64,000 nucleotides of DNA from Octopus sinensis (lineage: Eukaryota), in assembly GCF_006345805.1 (NCBI RefSeq), contig NC_043010.1, forward strand, positions 46,810,001-46,874,000, in the 5' to 3' direction. The position numbers and the translations under genes are program-made. Below the pieces are notes generated by a model. The model saw nothing but the letters and a program-made list of their open reading frames with translations, was not told the DNA's origin and made no database searches. Below are positions 24,633 through 36,359 of the stretch, piece by piece (position 1 is the first letter of the stretch; each line of letters opens with the position of its first letter).

Positions 24633-24728
24633 ATGTCACTTGATGACCAGTTCATCGCGGCAGCCCAAGGAGATGTTGAATGGCTAAAAGAATGCCTTGA
24701 TAGAAGTATTATTCAATATGACTGCGAT
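24633..24728 (+). CDS. ANKRD53: ANKRD53-like coding exon 1 (MSLDDQFIAAAQGDVEWLKECLDRSIIQYDCD)
   Basis: Acceptor ttttag at 24594, ATG at 24633, donor GAT|gtaag at 24729, phase 0. The AAxGDxEWL motif is characteristic of the first ANKRD53 ankyrin repeat. Confidence 0.85.
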
Positions 24729-25138
24729 GTAAGATGACAAATATATTCTGAATTTGATTATTTTTTATTGAAAACAAAGTTGATTTACTCAAGCTTATGT
24801 ATTAAAGTCATAAATATATGATGGAAATCTGTTATCAGTTTAGTATTACTTTGATAAACTAGCAATGATAAAAAGCAAAATTGCTCTCAGTCAAATTTGA
24901 ACTCAGAATGTTAAAGGATGCTATTATAAATTTCAAGTACAGTAATCTGTTGACTGTCGTGGGTGTTACTTTCCAAAACCCACAGCAATAGGTGAAAATC
25001 CGGGAAGTAGGAACAGTACTGTATATTTTTTATTATTATTTTCATAATTTGTATATATTTATTTTAATATAAATACAAAACACCACAGAGCAATCATCTA
25101 TCTATCTATCCGCTCAGTCGAAGTCGACTCTCAGTTAT

Positions 25139-25490
25139 TCATTGGATCAGTGTCCTCCAGTCAGTTCTATCCTGGGCCGCTTCTTTCAGATTGGCTATGT
25201 CCATTCCGGTATCACTGTTGATGGTGTCAAGCCAGCAGGTTCTTGGTCGGCCTCTTCCTCTCTTGCCACTGACCATTCCGAGCATGATGTCCTTCTCCAG
25301 GGATTTTCTCTGCATAATATGACCGAAATATGCCAATCTATGCTTGGTGGTCCTAGCTTCTAGCAACATTTTCAGCCTGATCTGCTTAAGAACTTCTCCA
25401 TTGGTGAGCCTCGCTGTCCATGGAATCTGTAAAAGTCTTCTCCGACACCAAAGCTCGAATGCATTAATTCTCTTCTGGTCAATCAACGTA
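25139..25490 (-). mobile_element. RTE/BovB-type LINE 3' fragment
   Basis: KRINAFELWCRRRLLQIPWTAR.TN.EVL...LAYFGHIMQRKSLEKDIMLG.VSGKRGRGRPRT.WLD.I. Confidence 0.88.
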
Positions 25491-26012
25491 ACCTTAAATA
25501 ATAAAGCACAAATAAGAACAGTAATAAACGAGTGAAGAATGAATATAGAGCGTGTGTGTTTATTTGGGGAAAAAGAGAAAAAAATTGACCATCCTGAAAT
25601 ATAACAATAATATCACTAAAGTTTGGAATCATAGTTGCGGATGGCAGAATCAGCAGTGCAACAGACAAAGTGCCATGCAGTATTTAGCTACGTCCTGAAT
25701 TCAAATGCCATCCATGCATTTCATCTTTATAAGACGAGTAAAATAAGTCGGAAATCATTACTGTGGATAGCAGTATGAACGAAACAACTGGCAAGTTTTG
25801 TTGTATTTAATTATGTCCCTTTACTAATTACTTCGCTCAAACCCTACCAATAAAAAATTAAATTCAAATGAAATTCAGAGATCCCTTTCATCCTTTTAGG
25901 GTTGATAAAATAAGTATCAATGGAGTACTGAAGTCAGTTCAGTCAACTTGCCCACCACCCTACCCCCTTGTGTCAACTTACCTCCTCCCTTGGCCTTGTG
26001 TCAAAATTTGAA

Positions 26013-26027
26013 ATCATCATCATCATC

Positions 26028-26067
<40 letters not shown>

Positions 26068-26077
26068 TATTATTATT
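26013..26077. repeat. Compound (ATC)n(ATT)n microsatellite (one of dozens of AT/AC/GAT/GGT tracts)
   Basis: Direct reading; gives the poly-Ile ORF 25968-26153. Confidence 0.9.
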
Positions 26078-26925
26078 AAGGCAGCAAGCTGGCAGAAATG
26101 TTACCATGCCAGGCAAAATATTGGGTAGCATTTCTTCTGACTCTACATTTTGAGTTCAAATTTCACCAAGGTCAGCTCTGCCTTTCATCCCTTTGGGGTT
26201 GGTAAAATAAGCAGCAGTCAAGTACTAGGGTTGATGTAATTAACTTACCCCATTCCTCTAAAACTGCAGGCCATTATTGTTAAGGCAGTGGGCTGGAGAA
26301 TTGTTAGCATGCAAGACAAAAAGCTTTGCAGCACTTCTGGCTTTTTGAATTAGGAGTTCAGATTCCGTCAAAGTTAACTTTCTCTAACATCCTTTCAGGT
26401 TGATAAAATAAGTACCAGTTGAAAACTAGGGTCAATGTAATTGATTTACACTTCCCCTAAAATTGCAGGCCTTGTGCCAAAATTTGAAAATGTTGTTGTT
26501 GTTGTTGTTATCATTATTGTTGCTGTTGGTATTGCGTTGGCAGAATCATCAGCACACCAGACAAAACACTGCTAAGCATTATGTATGTCTTTACATTCTA
26601 AGTTCAAATTCTACCTGACTGGCCCCCATGCCGGTGGCACGTAAAAGCACCCACTACACTCTCAGAGTGGTTGGTGTTAGGAAGGGCATCCAGCTGTAGA
26701 AACTCTGCCAAATCAAGATTGGAGCCTGGTGCAGCCATCTGGTTTGCCAGCCCTCAGTCAAATCATCCAACCCATGCTAGAATGGAAAGCGGACGTTAAA
26801 CGATGATGATGATGATGTTGACTTTGCCTTTCATCCTTTCAGGTCTAATGAAATAAGTACCAGTTAAGCACTGGGGTCGATGTAATCAACTAGTCTTCTT
26901 ACCCTCCCAGATTTCAGGCCTTGAG
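26078..26925 (+). mobile_element. tRNA-derived SINE family B, head-to-tail copies
   Basis: GGCAGCAAGCTGGCAGAA...GAGTTCAAATT...TTTGCCTTTCATCC..GGGGT(T/C)GATAAAATAAGTACCAG...GGCCTTGTGCC. Other copies at about 4692-4905(+), 14105-14320(-), 25640-25750(+), 31955-32160(+), 49900-50110(-), 54915-55130(-). Confidence 0.88.
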
Positions 26926-26989
26926 TTATGTCCCTTTTACATTCAGAGTTCAATGTACTTCAGATTACTTTTTGCGATTTTATTTCTAG

Positions 26990-27189
26990 GGTTTCACTCC
27001 AGTACACATAGCAGCTTTTAATGGACAGCTTAAATGTTTAAAATACCTTATTGAGGAATATGGTTGCAATGTTGATGTTCTATCAATTTCTGACTGGACA
27101 CCTCTTCTTGCTGCAGTCAACGATTCAAATACACAGAAGTCTTTGGACTGTCTCAAATACTTACTGGAAAGAGGAGCAGACATTTCAGT
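26990..27189 (+). CDS. ANKRD53: ANKRD53-like coding exon 2, ankyrin repeats (GFTPVHIAAFNGQLKCLKYLIEEYGCNVDVLSISDWTPLLAAVNDSNTQKSLDCLKYLLERGADISV)
   Basis: Acceptor tttctag|GGT, donor GT|gttagt, 200 bp, phase 0-2. Canonical TPxHxAA ankyrin motifs. Confidence 0.92.
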
Positions 27190-28093
27190 GTTAGTTTCCA
27201 CTTTATTTATTTATTTAGATGTTTATTCTTTGAGAACGGAGCATGAAGTGACATGATGGGAACTCTAATACATTTCCTTTTTTGCAACTAATTTTTATTT
27301 TTTTCATTTCAGTAAAGAAATTGCTAAAACTTTCATAAATGAATTTTTAAAAATAATAAAATACAAACTTGATTTTAAAAATCTATTTAAATATTTAAAT
27401 ATTCAAGATTAATCGTCTTTGATTAATTATATTTGAAACATGCATCTCATGGAATATAAATTTAAATTGTTCAAAAATTATTCTTAATGATATGGATTTT
27501 AAATGACGGTATAAATTTTAAAAGTAAGCATTGTTTTGAATTAGAGAAAACAGAATTAAAAAAAGATATAAATTCGTAAGTATCTAACTAATGAAAAAGA
27601 AATTTTAATCTAAAATATATATCTTTTTATGTCATATTTTCACTAATCTAGACATTGTGCTTATTTTATGTTTTATTATAAAACAATTTATTCTGATAAA
27701 ACATTTATGTTAAAAATGAAATTATAGAAACCCTAGTCAACAAAATAGATAATGAAATCCATTTTCAAAAATAACCCTGTCTTTTTTATGAAATCTAGAT
27801 CTAAGAAAAAGCTGTGAGTTCCTGAAAGCCTTTCTGGTTGGTATCAGTCTTCAATTAGTGTCTCAGTAAAACCATTTCTAGCACTTCTCCTGCACAGTAC
27901 ACCATAGATTACTTAGTTTGGCATGCTTTTCATATGACATTACATGAAAGTTTATGCTCTCACACACCATTACAATTTGGTTCAGTAGAGTTGAAATTTT
28001 GTGGGAATCTTACTCAGACACGAATTTATTACACACTTAATGAAATTAATATTGTGTGTGTGTGTGTGTAATTTAAAATAAATTGCATGACAA

Positions 28094-28585
28094 CACTGTG
28101 TAACACGAATTTTGTCCTTGGGTAGCAACTGTTATTTCCTATTGCTTACCCCTAGAAAGAATGAAAAAATGGCTAATATTTCCTTCAAACTTTGCTTTTC
28201 TTATATTTATTCACACCCCCAAAGAATCCCTCTTAGTACATGGCTATAATGCTCCCCCACTACTCCTGCTCATGGTCAGAGATGCACATATTGTCAGCCA
28301 CTAAGGGAAATGCTCAAGTGGTTAAGGTCAAGCAACTGACAAGCAAATCTGTGGTTGAGCAGAATGTTTGCTATAACGATATTTCTGCTTCAACAACTTG
28401 GTGCTGAATCTGTTTAAAATGTAATGGAAAATAGGTCAGTTTCAAAACATTGATGTCCAGGTGGCAAAAGCAAAGTTTGAAGGGAATAGTAGTCCTCTCC
28501 TTTGATTTTTGAATAGAAGCAAATAGGAAATAACACTTGCTGACCAAAGACAAAAAATAAATAATAATAATTTTGTTACACAGTG
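28094..28585. mobile_element. Tc1-like foldback MITE with long degenerate TIRs
   Basis: ACACTGTGTAACA/TGTTACACAGTGT ends plus nested inverted segments (ttttgtccttgggtagcaactgttatttcctat; ttccttcaaactttgcttt). Confidence 0.6.
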
Positions 28586-28970
28586 TAATCATTATTTAGA
28601 AGTCCATGTGTATTTCCATATGACTGAACAACTGTGGCGGACCTATAGGGGACGATGCTACTATTGTTTATAGCCCCAGGAAAACATCTCCTCCAGCTGG
28701 CTAACAACACACTAACCAGTGTGTCATTAGCCAGATGAAGGAGATGTCTTCACATTTAGATGGCAAATATACTATATATTATACATATATATATATATAT
28801 ATAATATATATATATATACCAATTAAGGACTGACTTAATTGGTATATATAAATATTTAATCTTCGGATTCTTTTTTTAATATGCTAGACCACTGGTTTTA
28901 ATTGATAAATATTGATTTCTACCCTTAATTAATATTTTATATATATATATAATATTTATCTCTATATACT

Positions 28971-29015
<45 letters not shown>

Positions 29016-30331
29016 CACACACACACATGTATATAGGGATAAATTATTCAGGCAGGTACCATAAAAGCTCTCAGCTTTAGTCCAGGTCCCAGCTAACAAC
29101 ATCTAGTAGGAAGAGACATCAAAGATTGCATAGGGTGAGGAATCACACTGTAATTCTACTGATGGGTAAGTCCAGGTTGACTTCACTGGATTATGAATAT
29201 TTTGGGGAGAGCAAATCCAAAACAATTACAAAGAATATGGAAGCTGGTACATATTCAAATTTTTCTTTTAATTTAACAGTTAAATATTTCAGCATGATTA
29301 GTTAGTCAAAATGACGAACATGTTTTTCTGCTGCATAGAGTATGTGCAGTTAAGTATGCAATGCACAATATTCTTCTGTGCACCCTCATTCAGTTTCTTT
29401 CCACAAGCGTGATTCAAAGCAAACTGACTATATTTATGCATGGCTGTTTGTGTGTGTATAAGTGCATGCATGTGTGTGCATGCGTGTGTTTGTGAAATTC
29501 TAATTTTTTGTGTGTGCATGTGTGTATCAAATAAGAAAAAAAGAAATATAAAATTACTGAGTCAGTTTTATTTTTCATTAATGGCATGATAAACTTGATT
29601 ATGTGAAGCTTGATAGCGGTCAAATTTATTGACTTATTCACTGCTCACCAACATTTGCGCTTTTCATCATTAAGTTTTTGTTCACCTCATTTTTGCATGT
29701 ATGTAGTAGTTGTTTCTTATCATAATGTCAGCCATTTTTCTCACAGAAAAGATTTATCATACAGGGTTGACCAAGCAGTTGATAGCTTGTGTGACCCAAA
29801 CAAAATCAGAAAAGTCTATCTGAAATTCTTCTACTTACAGACATTCACTGCAGTGCAAAATGTGCATCTAAAAGCCTTGGCCCACAGTTCCAAAATAATA
29901 AGTGTGGTCCCTTTCATTATACTGCTATTGCTTGTTTCATTGACGTCTATGGAGTCAGTGGCAACTTGGTGTGTTCAACTACCAGCCCAGGCTCTACTGT
30001 TCATCAGGCTGAGAAAAGCAAACTGTCAAGGTAGTGGTCACTCTCTGACAGGTTAAGCATTGAGCCTGTGGCAGTGGAGATCTCCAGCATTCCTGGCCCA
30101 GAGACAATATATAACCCTGCTCGTCGCTACCAGGGCAGAGATGACTATCTGCAAGTGTGAAACCCCATGAGTCAGAGTAGCTGTTCCAGTGCATCTCCCT
30201 TGCCCTCCTCCAGGTCAACACCTTTTCCATTTTGTCTACTGGAGCCATGAAGTGGTCTGAATTATAGGAAATTGTACATTCCACTCCTTAATGTAAAATT
30301 ACCCCATATAAATTGCTCTCACTAGAAATAA

Positions 30332-30722
30332 TCTATATATATAAAGCTGAAGTTGTCTGTGTGTGGCGGGTTTGGTAGCCTTCAATTAACACTATCTCCT
30401 CTGAGACCCTGCAGCGCAAGTTGACCAAAATTGAGAGTATGATAGAAGAAGGCTTGCTCTTCTTTCTCTAGAAGATAAAATTCAAAATGGACCATGTTAA
30501 CACCAAAAATTATTTACAGGAAAAAGGTGCTTTTTTTCTATGAAAATCCCTATTTTTTACGATTTTTTTTACTGCTGTGTTGCCATTTTTCACTGTATTT
30601 CAACCAGAAAAACGTTTACTTAAAGAGAATAACAAGCTATATAATGCAAAATTTTTACTTTTCAAAAATTCCAATTCTAAAGGGTCGAAACAAACCTGAG
30701 CAACGCCGGGCGATACTGCTAG
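30332..30722 (+). mobile_element. Non-autonomous Helitron (391 bp)
   Basis: 5' TCTATATATATAAAG, 3' ...GCAACGCCGGGCGATACTGCTAG, inserted between A (30331) and T (30723) with no TSD. Confidence 0.85.
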
Positions 30723-32415
30723 TTATAAGATAAATAGCAAATGAATTATGACAAGATTTGAACACCTTAGCCATGAATTATACAGTTTACTTTAACACAA
30801 GCCATTCTCATATCCTTAAATCCTGCATGTTTATTGAGCTGGATTATATTTATCATTTGACATTAACTGCTTCTTGTGTGTAGGACATATTGTCTGAAAT
30901 GCAAATAATTTAGAAGAATGTGTAGTACTGGCACCTTAGAGAACAGGATTTCAATTGAAATAGGATTCAGTTTCTATATTAATAGATAAGCAATTTACAT
31001 AAAGATGCCTTGAAAACGTATCTGTTTCAAGTAGTATGACATGTAGTTTCACTCCAACCTCTGTTACAGTAATTTCTTTTATAATTAAGCTTTATATATT
31101 GCTTTATTTATTCTATACTCATTCTATTTCATTCTATAAATGTTTGTTTGTCACACACATAAACTTGATACAATTTTGTCGTCTTTATATTCTGTTAATT
31201 TGTATTGCTTTTTATAAAAGATGATTGCTCAACACCTGACTTAGTGAAAACCAACAGATACGTTGTAGTCCTTTATCATGTAGAATGTTTGGGTGGTCAG
31301 CGTTGGAATGCTTTGCTTTGTTTTATCACAGACCTTTTCTTTTCAGTTTGATCTGGGTTTGAACAACAACAACAAAAAAATGATAAATAAATAAAACACA
31401 GCCTTGTCTACCATTGCTACAGTTTCTATCAGATTCTTCAGTCATAGGAAATGCATAATAAGAAGAATAAACACAACCTACCCTTGCCTTCACTCTGTGC
31501 ATATTCATTCTCATGTTCTAGGAAGAGTGACATTAGACATTTTTGTTCTAATAATAACTATATTGCACCATGTTGGTTAGTTGTAGGCATGAGTGAGCAT
31601 ATGTTTGGTTCATTTTGGAATTTGTTACAAGTTGACTAAGGAATAATTTGGAAATGAAATGTGTGAAATTCTGATTTAAATTAGGGGAAAAAAAATTTTT
31701 ACAGAGATGTTTGTAATGTTGTAGTAGGCCTATGGAGAGGATTTTTGTGTCATACATAATATCATGAGTAGTACTAACATTTTAAGTTTTAAAGAACATC
31801 TGAAGACATTCATAAATTTAGACTGCCTTCCACAACAATAGGCAGTGGTCTCATTGCATAAGTGCATGCTGTGATCTGTGAAAACCCTCACTTGATTATC
31901 TGTGCAGGTTCCAAAGAATTAGACATCTTTAAATGTTGATGTCACATGTATGGCAGCAAGCTCACAGAATCGTTAGTACATTGGGCAAAATGCTTAGCAG
32001 CAGTTGGTCTTCTTTATAATCAGAATTCAAATTCTTCCAGTGTTGACTTTGCCTTTCATCCTTTTGGGATAAAATAAGTACCAGTTGAGGACTGGGAGCT
32101 GAATGCTATCGACTTATCCCTCCCCTAAAATTGCTGACCTTGTGCCAAAATTTGAAACCAGTATTCCTGAAGAGTCAAATCTAATACTTGTTTGTTAGAA
32201 GGTTCTCTTATACATATAACTTCTAACTGTTTCTACCCCTTTTGTATATTGGTAGATTCTGTTACCACAGTACTCCAAAGACCTGAAGAATGCATTTATT
32301 GCTTTCAAAACATATATCCAATCCTTTTCTTTTAATTCACTTTTATTTTTTAATTTGGCATCCATGCATACTGAAATATATATTTATATTTTTAAGTGCA
32401 AACTCACACAAACAT

Positions 32416-32449
<34 letters not shown>

Positions 32450-34829
32450 CACACACACACAACGATATACATCAAATACATAATGTATTTGCACTTCAAG
32501 ATAATTTCTTCTTTCCCCCCTAACTATAAATATTTTCCTTTATGGAAAGAAGAAAATTCACCTAATATAATAACCCTGTTTAGCAATAACAGGAATGACA
32601 TTTACCAAAGGCAAGCAGGCAGCAAGATAGAAAAAGAAAAGAGAAAAGAATGCTTACTACTGTAATATAATCAAGAATTTTATTTTATTTTTGTTTCGGT
32701 ATGTTTTTTTTCCCCATGTTTTTAGTGATGGGACACTTGTGATTTATAGCTTGTTGCATTCTTGATTAGTTTCACTATCAGCACTAACACTTGTGGGCAG
32801 GTATTTCTCAGTTGCCCAAAAAGATACTTCGTAACTTATGTTTAGTTTGCTTGCTTTCAGGTAAAAAGAAACAGCAGTTTAATGTTTGTCTACTCACTAA
32901 GTGCATTAACCTAAAGAACTGTAAAGCAATCTCTTGTGAGACATTACCACATAGCTCTCACTTCAATATATCCATAAAATATTATTCAGAGATTATCTAA
33001 AAAGTATTCCTTTTCCAAGCATCCTGGCTCATAAAAAATAAAGTAAAATAAAACAGGAAAAAAACCTGCTTTTTAATCTAGAAAAATATTATTTTGGGAT
33101 GGTCATATTCTTGCCAAGGACACACACCATGTACTTGGTCTTCACTTCAGCTTTATTATTATAACTATTTTAGTGTTCTTTGTCTAAGCTCTTTCATTAC
33201 ACATCATCCTGTGACTTCTTCAATAACTTTTTATCCCATGTGTCTCCTCTTGTTCTGTTTAGTCCATTATTTCAATTCATCTGTTTATAAGTTGTGTAAT
33301 AACTTATAATCCTTTGGTTTGTGGAGGCACCAGTGAAGACTTCTTTTGGTGTGTGAAATATCTAGTAGTATGTCTACTTGATGGAGCCAGCTTGATGGAG
33401 CCCATCTTTAGTGAAACTGCCCACAGAGTTAAACTCATAATTAAAAACTAAGGAAACTCTTGTCAAATTTGCTTTGCTTCCACTGAGGTTTCAGACAGAA
33501 TGCTTTCTATCTAGTGGCACCTGTTTGCATCTCAGTGAACTGGACCATTTGTGGATTAGATATTTTGACTAGTAGCAGGGTACCATCTACTGACCCTTTA
33601 GTTGGTGGTTAAGTAATCACATAAAGACTCCCTCTTTTGCTTCTCATTCATAAATTAAGAAGACTGTTTGCTGAATCACAATGAACTTTTAGGCCAGTGG
33701 TCAGTTTTAGCTTCAAAAGCATCAATTGCTATGCAAATATTTCTCCTGTTGGAGAAAATTACAAATACTCCAGTCTTGAAGCAGTACAAAAAAGCAAACA
33801 GAAAGAAAAAAAATGTTAACAGAGAAAAAAATATAAATAAGCAAAAACAAATAAACTAATATCAAATTGAACTCATGAGGGAACCCCTACATGATTGATT
33901 GCTCTGCAAGACATAGAGGCCAAGTAATCCCCCTCAAAGCACAACTTACTATCTAAAATGAAGACAGATACATTGGAAAATTAAGTTCTTGATATACAAA
34001 ATAATGGATTAATGAAGGCAAAAACAATTTTTATAATTCTATTGGGTCAGTGCTAACCTGAAATTATGCAACAACTAAAATGTAATCATCAACATCACCA
34101 ATCATTTAACATTCCATTTTTCCATGCTTGCATGTGTCAGATGGAGTTTATTTGAGGCACATTTTATATGGCCCAATGCCCTTCTGTTTTCCAACTCTGT
34201 CCTGATTACAAGGAAGGTAATATTTCCCCATGGCCAGATGTGATCTTGCAAAGTATTTGAAATGAATTGTTACAATTTGTACGACAGTAACAATCATTTT
34301 ACAACTATCACATCATGTGTAGACAAGGAAACACAGATACACGTATATACATATATATTTATATATACATATATAGGCACAGGCATGGCTGTGTGTTGAG
34401 AAACTTGCTTCCCAATCACATGATTCCAAGTTCAGTCCCACTGGGTGACACCCTGGGCAAGTGTCTTCTAAATACTGCCTCAGGTCACCCAAAGCCTGGT
34501 GAGTGGATTTGGTTGAGAGAAACTGAAAGAAGCCCATTGTATATGTGTGTGTGGTGGGGGGTTCTCCTCTTCATCTTGACAAATGGTGTTGGTGTGTTTA
34601 TGTCCCTGTAACTCAGTTGTTTGACAAAAAAGACTGATAGAATAAGTACCATTTAAAAAAAATGAAGTATTAGTGTTGATTCATTCAACTAAAAGTTCTT
34701 CAAGGCAGTGCCCCAACATGTCTAATGATTTAAACAAGTAAAAAATAAAAGATATATATATAGATATATATATATATACATATATAAGAGAAAAGAGGAA
34801 TTTCGATTATCCCCACATGGTGAGTTGTA

Positions 34830-34951
34830 ATGTATATAAGAAATTAAAAAAGGAAAATACACACACTTACATAGTTTTAATATAATTTTAAAAACTTATA
34901 ATAAAACTATGTAAGTGTGCATATTTTCTTTTTTAAATTTCTTATATACAT
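34830..34951. repeat. Imperfect AT-rich palindrome, about 60-bp arms
   Basis: atgtatataagaaatt...cacacttacatagtttta / taaaactatgtaagtgtg...aatttcttatatacat. Confidence 0.85.
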
Positions 34952-35818
34952 CATCATCATCATCATCATCGTTTAACGTCCGTTTTCCACGCTAGCACGA
35001 GTTGGACGGTTCGACCGGGGTCTGGAAAGCCAAGGGCTGCTCCAGGCTCCAGTCTGACTGGCAGAGTTTCTACGGCTGGATGCCCTTCCTAACGCCAACC
35101 ACTCTGCGAGTGTAGTGGGTGTATATATATATACACTCACACGCACACACACACACATACACAAACACACACACACACACAATGGGCTTCTTTCAGCTTT
35201 TGTCTACCAAATCCACTCACAAGGCTTTGATCAGCCCAGGGCAATAGTAGAAGACACTTACCCAAGGTGTCACAGAGTGGGACTGAACTAAAAACCATAC
35301 AGTTGGGTAGCAAACTTGTTGCCAGACAGTCACACCTGCACCTAATGAAAAAGAAAATAAACAAAGAAAGTGTTTCCCTGTCTCTCCTGGTGTAAAAAAA
35401 TTACCGGCTCCTTGAATTTTTTTTTCAGGGTTCAAACAACGAGACTAACTTTTTGACTTTATCAACAACACCAAGAAAAATATTACTCATTTTAGGCAGA
35501 TGATAAAAATATGTTAACATAGGATGTTGGGACAGATAAAAATTAATGATGCATGTGGAGATTTATTGATAGATCATGCTCCAGGTGGATGCTATCTGGA
35601 AATAAGAAACTTGAAACTCCTGCAAAAACTGGTTATCATTTTTTAAAATACTTTTGTAAAGCACTTGTAGGCTTATATATATGTATGTGTGTGGATATGT
35701 ATTGCAGTTTAAATATATGCATACATACTAACTCATATGTGCTTATGACTGAGCTTATGACTAAATGTACACACACATTCATATGTGTGTGCGTATATAT
35801 ATATATAATCAAAATAAG

Positions 35819-36179
35819 CAACAAGAATAACTCCGGTAATTTTGTACGATCGTTTCGCACTACATCATTTTATTAAATGTTGTAAGTATTACAACAGTTT
35901 TAAAATGATGATCACTCATCAGCCATTAATAGAGGTTTTCCATTAATACATAATTTTCATATCAAATGGTAACATTATAGAGAAGGTAGATATATAATGT
36001 CTATATATCTACCTTCTCTATAATGTTACCACTTGTTATGAAAATTATGTATTAATGGAAAACCTCTATTAATGGCTGATGAGTGATCAGCATTTTAAAA
36101 CTGTTGTAATACTTACAACATTTAATAAAATAATGTAGTGTGAAACAATCGTACCAAATTACCGGAGTTATTCTTGTTG
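35819..36179. repeat. Near-perfect palindrome, 178-bp arms, 5-nt loop
   Basis: 35819-35996 vs 36002-36179: 7 mismatches. Confidence 0.95.
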
Positions 36180-36275
36180 TTGTTTTTTATTATAATCACC
36201 CCATGGATTTATATGGATAACACCATGGTGCATCTAACCTAAGTACCATATTCATTTGAATCTAAATTTTGCTGA

Positions 36276-36308
<33 letters not shown>

Positions 36309-36317
36309 CAGATATAC

Positions 36318-36359
<42 letters not shown>

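Noticed and set aside
29610-30290. 148-aa and 96-aa ORFs in the ANKRD53 intron as a nested gene
   Set aside because: No recognisable domain; 29930-30290 looks like a decayed RTE-type LINE end read in alternative frames.
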